64,000 nucleotides of DNA from assembly GCA_964019335.1 (NCBI GenBank), contig OZ025683.1, positions 372,001-436,000 of the forward strand, in the 5' to 3' direction. The notes beneath the pieces were generated by a model. It made no database searches. It was not told the DNA's origin and saw only the letters and a program-made list of their open reading frames with translations. Position numbers and translations under genes: made by a program. Positions 48,878 through 59,500 of this stretch are shown in pieces (position 1 is the stretch's first letter; every line of letters starts with the position of its first letter). This DNA comes from Diplonema japonicum (taxonomy: Eukaryota; Protista; Euglenozoa: Diplonemea).

Positions 48878-51800
48878 AAAACAACACTTCAATCATGTCG
48901 AAAGACGGAGAAAGGGACAGGGGGAGGGGTAAAGACAAGGCGAAGGACAGGGAGAGGGAGAGAGAGGATGGAAGACAAGGACAAGGACGGAAGCGGGATG
49001 ATGACCGCCAATCCGAGGGAGACCTCGATAAGGTGATGAGCTGCGAACACAAGCAGCTGTCCAAGAAGAGGCAGACCTCGGGGTCATGCCTGGGCTGCGG
49101 GCAGGAGACATCGGGAGTCGGGAAGAGGTGGACCTGTCTGGAATGCGGAGCATTCTTTTGCGCTGAGTGCAAGGCAGCCGGCACCCCCTCCCCAGAGAAG
49201 AGGGAAAGGAAAAACGGAGCGCAGGTGAAGGGTGAGGCTAAGAACCTCATGTCAGCCTACGATGCATCTCTCATGGCATCGAGGGTCCCACTCCCTGACC
49301 GAAACGAACACCTCAGCGGCCATTCATGCCTCCGTGGCCTCCAACGATTCCAGCGCCGCCAATGCGGCCAACAGAGCCACCGTGGCTTCCAATGCTGCCT
49401 CTGCAGCCAACCAAGCCCCTGCGGCTAACAGCGACTCCGCGGCACCTAATGCCGCCAACGCCGCCACTGCGGCCAAACGCGCCCACGAGGCCACCAACAC
49501 CACCAACGCCGCTGCTGCGGCCAACAGCTCCGCCAACGCCGCTACCGCGGCCAGCAACACCGCCACTGCGGCCAAACACGCCCCCGGGGCCAACAAGAAA
49601 GCCGAAACCACGACCGAGACCGCCGCGTCCACGCCGGCCAAAATTGTTTCAGATACCTGGGAGGAGAAGCGGGTCTCGCTGGTCCCCGAACTATGGGACG
49701 GCGAAGTGGTACACCCAGGGAAGACAGGGGGGAAATCCCGAGGGGTCATCCTTACAAGGAACCCGGAGGTCTTCCTCAAGCACCACACCAACAAGCACGG
49801 ATCATGGACAGTGCTCTCACTGAAGCCCTTCCCAGGGTCCTCATCTGCCACCTTGTTCACCAAACAGGGTATCAAGACAATGCACCTTATTGAGCTTAAG
49901 GGCGACGGTCCACCACCCCCGAAGTACACTGCTCCTAGAACACCGAGGCCGTCATCTACATGAAGGTTAAGGCCGGCACAATGGACGAAGCGAGGAAGAC
50001 AGCCCTAGCTCACGGAAGGAAGATCGAGACCGGACTGAAGGACTCAGCCGTGTTCCCCAGCAGGGACAACCCCGTACCTCCGAACAAAAGGGGCCCCAAC
50101 ACTCTCTCTCACAAGGTTGGCCTGAGAATACAGACGACCAGCCTCCAAGCTCTACTCCGCTAATCAGGGGACGGCTTCCTGATCGAAGTTCCCAGACACA
50201 CGTTACCAGCCGAGGCGGTCCCTGTTCCAGCCGCCACCATCAGCGAAGCGTACCAAATGGCCCTCAAGGCAGGAGGCCCGGCCCTTGGCGTCATGTCGGT
50301 CAGGGGGGGGTGGGCGATCAGGTGCGCCTCCGGCGACGCCGCCGAACTGGAAAGCGCGCTCGCCTCGTGCGACATCGACGTCACCCTGTCTCAGAGGTAC
50401 GTCCTGGAGGGTGTCCCCGGCCACGTCCGTCAAGATGAAACGGACATGATCCCGAAGGACATGGGCTGGAACGCCAAGGTGGTCGGCAGGAGGTTCGCCA
50501 AGGTCGACGGCAGGAAGGTCATGTTCTTGCAAGTGGTCGCCTCGCAGCCCCCCCCGTACTCGATCTTCCAGTACGGCGACAGGCTCCTGAAGTGCCACGC
50601 GAAGGGCAGCTTCCCGGAGGCCTTCATCAAGACCTTCCCTAAAAAGGAGGCACAGCCGGAGGTCATGCAGCAGCAGGGGACCCGAAAAACGGCTGCCGAA
50701 GTGGTCAGGAACGGCACCGCCTCCACTTCCACACCCCACCCTTCCACTCCCACACCGAAGACGCGCGAGGCACAGAAGAAAACAACGGGCGGAAAAGCAA
50801 AGGACAATGCCCCCAAAGGTACCAAGCGGGAGAAGCCAGCTGCATTCAGCGCGGAACTGGTGGAGGAAGTCGTGAGGCGGGTACTTGCCGCGCTGCTGAA
50901 GGGGGACCCCTCGGAGACCAGGCCGCCAAACTCACCCAAAACGCCAACCTGCAAGAAGAAACGGCTCTTGGTAGCCGTTCCCAAAAGATGTTAACCACGG
51001 GCCCTGTGGGGTCCCTCCGCCCCTCCGAGTTGTAACGTGGAACTGCAACTCGGTAAGGGGAGCCAAGACGACGACGCTGCTTCACCAAGCGAGAAAGAGG
51101 GAACTGGACGTCATCGCCATTCAGGAAACGAAGCTGGTACCAGCAGATGAATTCCAAGCTCTAGGATATCAAGTCTTCAGAAAAGACCGACCCAACCGAA
51201 CCAACAACGGCAGGGGAGGAGGCGTCGTAACTCTGGTCAAGAGAGATCTACAGGCCAGGGAGGTAGAATGTATGGTTTCCGAAGACGTGGAAAGGCTCGA
51301 CGTCGAGGTGCGACAACTCCAAGGCGATCATCAGCAACTACTACTGCCCACCCAGAAGCGGACAGACACTTCAACCGTCTGATCTGCCCCAAGGAGACGA
51401 CTACATCGCATGTGGCGACTTCAACGCGCACCACACTAGCTGGGACCACGCAGCGAAGAACAACGACAGAGGCTGGACCGTCTGGGAGTGGGCGGAGAAC
51501 AAAGAATTCATCCTATGGAACAGGCCAAACTGCCGCACATGGACGAGAGGAGGGAGCAAATCGGTACTCGACCTGGTCTTCAGCAGGGACAGATGGGAAC
51601 CCAAGACGCCTTGCCACCTGGGCTCCTGGGGCTCCGACCACACGCCTCTTCAGTTTGAAGTCCCCTTTCCGAGGCCAACGAGGAGAACGTACACGCCTGA
51701 GCTTTACAACTTCCGAAAGGCTGACTGGAAGGCTTTCCAGGACTTTGTGGACGGGAAGCTGCGGGGACTGGAAGGATGCAAACAGGTCACGACCTTTGCT

Positions 51801-54800
51801 AGGAGGATTCAGGAAGCCCTAAGCGAAGCCGCTGCGCGACACATACCTCGACACAGGTGCTTCCCTGAGAGGAAACCCTGGTGGGACAGCGAACTCGACG
51901 CAGCCTTCGAAGCCAGGGACACTCTCAGGAATGCCATCCTCAGAGGCGAATCTGACGAACACGACGAACTGGCTGACCTCAACAAAACTGTCAACGAAAC
52001 GGTAAGGATGTCCAAAGAGAAGTCCTGGAAGAGCCTTTGCTCCAAATTCTGCTCCTCTAAGAACCTACCTTCGGCATTCAAAGCAGTTAAAGAGCTCGAC
52101 GGCAGGTCCTGGAGGCCACCGATGCCCCCCCTTCAGCAAGGCAGCTCTCTGCTCACTGGCAACAAAGCAAAGGCCGATCGCCTCGGACGATATTACGAGA
52201 CGATCTGCGGAGACGACACAGTACCCGGACTCGACACGTCTGGGCTGACACAGAGACCCTTCGAGGGCGGGACGGGCTGCTTCACCATGGACGAACTGAC
52301 AAGGCAACTACACAGGACGAACTCGAAAAGCGCTGCTGGCGAAGACGGTGTCTTCAACGCGATGCTGACGCGACTGGGTGGGGTGTCTCAAAGCGTCATT
52401 CTACAACTGTTCAACCTCTCCTGGGCGAACGGACAAGTCCCGGACACGTGGAAACAGGCGTTGGTCGTCCCGATTCCGAAGCCAGGCAAAGACCCCACGG
52501 AGATTGAGTCCTACCGCCCCATCAGCCTGACAAGCTGCCTAGGTAAACTCATGGAAAGGATGGTCGAAGCCCGCGTAACGTTCCTCCTCGACTCCCCAAC
52601 GACGACGGTTGAAGGACTTCACCCCGCCCAAGCCGGGTTCAGGAAGGGGAGGTCCACCGAAGAGCAAGTCGCTGCCATCGTGCAACACGTAGCGACGAAG
52701 AGAGATGCGGACGTAAAAGAGGCCAGCCTCACCATACTCTTCGACTTTTCGAAGGCGTTCGACAGGGTAAACCACAAAGCCCTGATACAGAAGATGACGC
52801 AGAAGCGCTTCCCTGCAGCCACACCAAGTGGGTTGCCTCCTTCCTGGAGTCCAGGACAGCAAGAGTTATCGTAGAAGGTGTCAAGGGGTCCCCCTTCAAA
52901 GTCAAGAGCGGCGTTCCTCAGGGTTCTGTGCTCGGTCCGGTCCTATTCACCGTATTCGTAGACGACCTTGCGAGGGAACTCGAGGGAATGACTGGTCTCA
53001 CCACGATCTACGCCGACGAAGTCGCGGTGGTAGTATCTGCCACGACGAGGACTGAGCTTGAAGCAAGGGCCACAGCGGTAGTGGGTGCGGTAGAAGACTG
53101 GTGCCCCCGATGGGGGATGCAGCTGAGCAGGGAGAAGACTTTATTCGTCTCCACGCCCAAGTGCGAACCGTACGACTTCCACGTCTACTTCCCCTCGACC
53201 ACGAAAACACACTCAGGGTTGGAGTTTTGGCAATCGAAGCTCAAGGGCCGACTCATCACAGGAGGACCTTCTCATCTGGTGGGTAGAAGGCTCTTAGCCG
53301 TGAACCGCACAGCCACGACATATCGCGACATTTCCTCGCTCGTCACCAGCAGGCTGGTATACGACTTCACAACGGCCGTGACAGTCGAGAGACGTGACAG
53401 AGCCAAATACCTGGGGATCACCCTGGACGCCGACTTAACCTTCGAAGCCCATGCTCGAGACATTGTCAAGAGGTACGACAAGCGCATTCGCATACTGCGG
53501 CTCCTCTCCGGTTCATCCTGGGGCAGTTCTGCTGCATCACTCAGATCCTTGTACCTGGCCTATGTCCTGCCGGTGTTCACCTACTCGATAGGCATCTTCT
53601 TCGCGATGATGACCACCCAGGACAGGAAGACGATGTGCACGAAGCACGCGGAGGCGGCCCGTCGTATCACAGGGTGCGTCAAAAACACCTCCACCTCAGC
53701 CGTCATGTGCGAAGCCCGCTTACGCCCCCTCGACCTGATGGCCGATGCAGCGTCTGCTGTCCTTGGCAGAGGGCGCTAAGATGGGAAGGGACCCCGGTGA
53801 ACAAAGTGGTCAGGGGTGCGGCGACCACAGGATGGACGAAAAGAGCGCTGGACACAGCAAGGAAATCCGGGCTCGGAACGGCGGCCTCCCAGCTCTTAGG
53901 GAGCACAACGAAGGCACCACCCTGGGTGGAAGGTATCCGAGTAGACCCCTGCGCCACCGACACACGGAGGGCCCTACCCGACGACGTAAGGGCGGCTGCG
54001 GCTGCGAAAAAACTGGCCGAGATTCCCAGCGATGCCTTGGTTGTGTACACGGACGGCTCGGTAGCAGGAGGAAGAGGAGGTGCAGGGGTCGCCATCAAGG
54101 TCCCTGGCCTGGACTTCACCCTCACCACCTCGCATGGGGCCGGCGCGGTCTCCACACCCATGTGCGCCGAAGGCACCGCTATCCTGAAGGGGCTGCAGGA
54201 AGCCGGGGAGGTGTACAGGACGGCCGCGAGTCTGCGGGGGCGCCCCCTCTACCTGCTCACGGACTCCCAATCGATGCTAAGGGGGCTCGCTGGTGGCCCC
54301 GGCCGGCAGAGGGAAATCGCGGACAGACGGATCTGGGACGCCGCTTCGTGGCTCAGGACCAAGCGCTCTGGAGACGTGCATTTCTGGTTTGTTCCCTCTC
54401 ACTGCGGTGTAGCGGGGAACGAACTCGCTGACGGAGCTGCCAGGGACGGTCTGGCGAAACAATCCTGTGGAGTCAGCTACCGCTCCAGCAAAGCGGCCGT
54501 GAAGGCATGGCTGAGGGGAGCAACGCGCGCGAGGTACGGCAACGACGCTCCAGGCCATCACAGCCTCGTTACGAATGGCGACAGTCTCCCACTCCCTCCC
54601 CTCTGTAGGAGGGACGAGGTCCAGATCATACGACTCCGGACCGGGCAAACTCCCCTGATGAGAGGGTACCTACAGCTCAGGGGCCCCCTCAGGGCTTCGA
54701 GGGATCACCACCTCACCTGCCCCGCATGCGGCGTTCACTCTCCGCTAGACGCCGATCACCTGCTCAGGAGCTGTCCTTCTCTGGCCCCCGCTGCGAGAAC

Positions 54801-55291
54801 CTTCTTCGACACCAGGCTGCCGCTCCGCGCGCTGCTTTCCAAGCACTCCGCCGAGGTCTGCGCCTTCATCGAGGCCTCCGGGCTCTTAACATGGTCCGAG
54901 TGTGGGATCCTCCCCCCGACCAACGCTGCTCAAGGGTGAACATGAGCCCAAAATAGACCCCCCCCTTTTTCCCTTTTACCTTTTCCATTTCCCAAACTCT
55001 CTCTCCCCCCCCCCCACACACACACACACACACTCAAAACGGGCCAAAGAACGCCTCCCAAGAGATGGTCACGGATGGCAGGGAGGGCGCAGGCGCAGCT
55101 CGAGGTCTTCTGCGTTGAATTTTGAGGGGTTCGCCCCGCATGTAATCAGCCAAGTCGGCTGTCCCACGCAAGGGGAACGGAGAGCCAGAGGGATGGTCCA
55201 ACCCAAGTGGAGGCCCTCTTGGTTCCTCCAGACAAAAGACTGGAACACACCCCCCCAGTTTCCCCCCAGTGGTTATTATTGCAAAAAAAAA
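48837..55291 (+). mobile_element. Non-LTR retrotransposon 1 (ORF1 + APE-RT-RNaseH-CCHC), degenerate
   Basis: Broken ORF1 48895-50994 with CxxC motifs; APE (VVTWNCNS, IQETK, GDFNAHH) from ~51020; RT (YRPISLTS, DFSKAFD, GVPQGSVLGP, YADE); RNase H (YTDGS, TDSQS, VPSHCGVAGNELAD); frameshifts at ~51315, ~52820 and ~53765; structured 3' UTR and A-tail. Confidence 0.92.
55041..55291 (+). other. Structured 3' terminal RNA of retroelement 1
   Basis: Series of hairpins with compensatory changes relative to 48426-48689; G-U pairs favour the + strand. Confidence 0.7.
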
Positions 55292-55343
55292 CGCAAGGTA
55301 GGGAACGCTTAAAAAACAAAAAAAAACGCAAAGGTAGGGAAGG

Positions 55344-55373
<30 letters not shown>

Positions 55374-55374
<1 letters not shown>

Positions 55375-56594
55375 TGTCAAGTGACAAAATGACGAAGCCG
55401 AGCAAGGCGGGCGCCTCCAAGGGGCCCCTACCGGACGGGAGCGAGCCCGACCAAGACCCGCCGCAGCTAGTGCTGCAAACCACCGAGGTGGTGATCAGAA
55501 AGACCCCCCCCGAGACGACCCCCAAGACGAAGCCCACCCGGAAGCACTACGACGCAGTCGTAGCCCCGCTTGCCCCCAAGCCCACGTGGGCGGCCTTCAT
55601 TGCGCAGGCTGGACTGGGGAAGTCGATGAGGTTCGACGGTGTCCTAGGCACCATCGTAACCACAGGGACTCCCCCTCTTCAGTCCTACTCAGTGAGGGAC
55701 GGAGACACTACCCATAAGGTGGTGTTCGAGGAGCAGAAGGGATCCTTTAAAAGGAAACTACCGGGTGGGTCTCGTAGAGGGACCAAAATAGACTTCCGCA
55801 GGGAGTTCGGGGGGGCGAGCTGGTCGCAGGTGTGGGAGCTGGCCGACGAGAAGGAGGGGAGGAAGAAGAAGGCGAGAGAGGAGAAGGGGGCCAAAGCCGC
55901 AAAAAGGAAGGCCGAGGCCAGGGAAAGAGAGGAGAAGCTGGAGGCGAGGATCCAGGCGCTGGAGAGCGCCGAGAAGGAAGAGGGAGGCGGGATGGAGGAC
56001 GACTGGGGCTGGAGGGAAGCCATGGACAGGCGGATTGCCGAGTTGGAGCAGGCGAGGGAACAGGCCGGGCTGTGGGAGAAGGCGTGCGAGAGGAAGGTGG
56101 AAGAGGTGGAGATGAGAGGGGTGCGTACGGACGAGAGGACTGAGGAGCTGAACAGGAGGGTGGGCCTGGTGGAGGGCGAGCTTGGTGGCCTGAGGGGGGA
56201 GATTTCTTCCTTGAAGGCGTCATCGGAGAGGACGGAGCGGTCGGTGGAGGAGCTGAAGCAAGGGATGAACAGATTACTCATCCACTTGACTACAGGAGCC
56301 CCCCCACCAGGAACCTCCGAGGAGGCAGACGGGTCCCCAGAACAGAGGGGACACGTGCCGTCCACCGATGGCGCTGACGAGGGGACTGACACCCCAGACT
56401 GCCCCAGGCACGCTGCGACACCGGAGAGAAAGGGTACCGTAGCACCTTTATGCTACGACACCCCCCCACCAGCCGAAAGGCTCGTAGGAGTTGCCACAAC
56501 AAGGCAGACAACCCTACACACCACCCCCTCGCAGACAACGCCCCTGCACAAGGTGAACCCTCCCGTAAAAAGGAAGGTTGAAGGCCAGTACTAA
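55374..56594 (+). CDS. Retroelement 2 ORF1, coiled-coil (gag-like) protein
   Basis: 406 aa with a long heptad-rich charged region, directly upstream of pol. Confidence 0.75.
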
Positions 56595-59500
56595 GGGCCG
56601 TGCAATCTCATTCAACACCCCTTTCACCCCCTTTCCCACACCGTCTCTCACTCCCTGTCCCTACTCCCAAACCCCCAACACTACACCCCATCTAAACGAA
56701 GATGAAGTACTACCCAGCCTCTCAAGCCCTGGAAGCTGGGGTGACCGCAAAGGCAGCACATCATCACCACATCACCATCCCTCATCTTTCCCTCTCTCCA
56801 CGCACAATTCCTCCCCAAACAAGCACTCACAAACTCCCGTCACCGGTGACGAAGTATTACCCAGTATCCAAAGGCCTGGACCTAGGGGTGACCACACAGG
56901 CAATCTTCACATTCGCAGAAATCCCGCAGCCAGAGGTCCGCACGGAAAACACTTACTGAGCTGCGGGGACATAGAAGCGAACCCCGGTCCAACCACCGAA
57001 AAGACAACAAGAGTTGAACACTCTCTCCCTCCCGTCCCCTCTACTTCCTCTCTCTCACAGGCACACTCCAACACAACACCACCACCCAACAACATCAACG
57101 TACTGTCTCTCAATGTCAGATCCCTAACGGTGAGCACCACAGCGCAGCTGCTGAAGGGCATTGAGACACACAACATCGACGTGCTCCTACTCCAAGAGAC
57201 TTTCCTGAGGCCGTCGAAAGATATAACCGGAGTCTTCACTGGGTTCAAGGCATACCGCCGAGACCGAACACGACCGGTGAAAAGAGGAAAGCAAATCAGC
57301 GGAGGGGGTCTCGTCACACTGGTCAGAGAATCGATACCGTCGAAACAGATCGAAGTTCTTCAGAAACCCAGCGACGTGACGGAAAGACTCGACGTAGAGA
57401 TCTCGCTGCCCAACCGGAAGCCGTACAGACTCGTCAACCTGTACCTGCCTCCGACAACGGGTAGAGACGGCGACGACAGACCACCCCCCGAGAAATATTT
57501 CCGCCCGGCAGAGCTGCCTCATGACAGTTACACCATCATCGCCGGTGACATGAACGCCCACCACACGATGTGGGACAAAAGGGGCACTCCGAATAAGCTG
57601 GGAGAAATACTGCACAGCTGGATGCTGCGATGGGGCTACAGCACATGGAACAAGAGCAGCGAAGCCACGATCCTGAACCCGTCAGGAAACCCAACCTCTC
57701 CGGACATGGTAATGAGCGGCGCAGAGTTCGACAAATCTTCTTGGAGGACGTTGCCAGCAATGGGCTCAGACCACGTTCCGATGTTCTTCAGTCTGAGAGG
57801 GGGAGTCAGCCAACCGACCAGAAGAGTACTCTACTCTTGGGGGAAGGAGGCAAGGAGCGCGTACAGGGAGACGATGGAAGAAAAGTGCAGCAGGCTGCTC
57901 AGGGCCAGAGACCCGATAAGGCTAAACGCTGAGTTTCGCACACTTCTTCTTCTATCGGCAACCGAATCGTGCGTCCCCAGGAAAGGACAGAAGAAAGGGA
58001 AGGTTTGGTGGAACGACGAGATTGACGCACTCGCAAGGCGACGAAGCACACTGAAGGCGAAGCTGTTGTCCGAGGATCACGACGGGAACGACGAAGACCT
58101 GGCACGTCTAGCGGCGATGGAGGCTGAGCTGGACAGGGCGATAACGAGCGGGAAGCAGGCTGCCTGGGGCGACTACACCAAGAAGTTGTCCAAGGACGGA
58201 AACCTGACGCAAGCCTTCTCGGTCATCCGCAGATTCGACGGTCGCAGCGAGAAGCCACCAATAGCCCCGCTCCGACGAGGAAACGGTATCGCCACCACCG
58301 ACAGGGAGAAGGCCAGTGTACTCGTCGAACACTACGCGAGGGCCTGCTCCCCAAGGACGACTGCCAAGTCGGAGGAAGTGATCACCACCATCAAGAAGGA
58401 CGCGAAGCCCGGGACAGACAACGACTTCCCCCTGGTAACGAAGGACGAGCTGGACTCGGTGCTGCGAAGGCTGAAGAAGGGCAAGGCTCCGGGCCCAGAC
58501 GGCATCTACAACGAAATGCTGAAGTACCTGGGACCGGTGGCCAGGGAAGTTCAACTCCTCCTCTACAACTCATCCCTCCAGACCGGTGTCGTCCCTGCCG
58601 AATGGAGGCGGTCTTCCATCATCCCCCTCATGAAAAAGGGCAAAGACCAATCCGAACCCGCCTCGTACAGGCCGATCGCGCTGACGTCAAACATCGTGAA
58701 GACGTTGGAGCGAATAGTCAAGGACAGGATGTGCTTCCTGCAGGACACAGGACGGGTAAGGCAATTGCACACATCGCAGGCGGGTTTCCGGAAAGGGAGG
58801 TCCACGGAGGAAAACGTGCTGTACGCCGCCTCAAAGCTCAAAAGTGTCAGACTGAGCCAAGGTCTGGGGGGTCTCCTGCTGTTCGACTTCAAAGGAGCCT
58901 TCGACACAGTCTGGCACAAGGGAGTGATCGCAAAGCTGATAGGCGACGGATACCCTCCCAAGCTCGTGAAATGGATCACCTCTTTCCTCGACCAACGTAA
59001 AGCCTCCGTCTGTGTGAACGGGGAACACGGCTGCGTGAAGACAATGACAGGGGGCGTACCCCAAGGCACCATCCTGGCCCCGCAGCTCTTTTCCATCTAC
59101 GTCAACGACCTGGCCAGGTTGTACAGGAAGGCTGGAATCGACGCGGTAGTGTACGCAGACGACATAGCGATAGTGCTGGAGGCGGGGAGTCCTGCCGAGC
59201 TGAACAAGAAGGTGCAACGCGCGGTGAGCCTCACGGAGCGATGGTGCGAGACGTTCTCGATGAAACTGTCCCAGGAAAAGACAGAGTTCATGCCGGTAGA
59301 GGGACAGTTCTGGAACTCGCACGACAGTCTCGCAAACCTCATCAACGCCCGCTTCCCCTCGAGTGGGGCGAAAGTCAAGGTGGTACGCGAGGCTAAATAT
59401 CTTGGCGTCACCTTCGACGAAAGCATGAACTTCCACGAGCATGTGCAGAAGGTGAAGGGAAAGATCAACAGCCGTCTTCGCCTGCTGCGCAAACTCGCCG

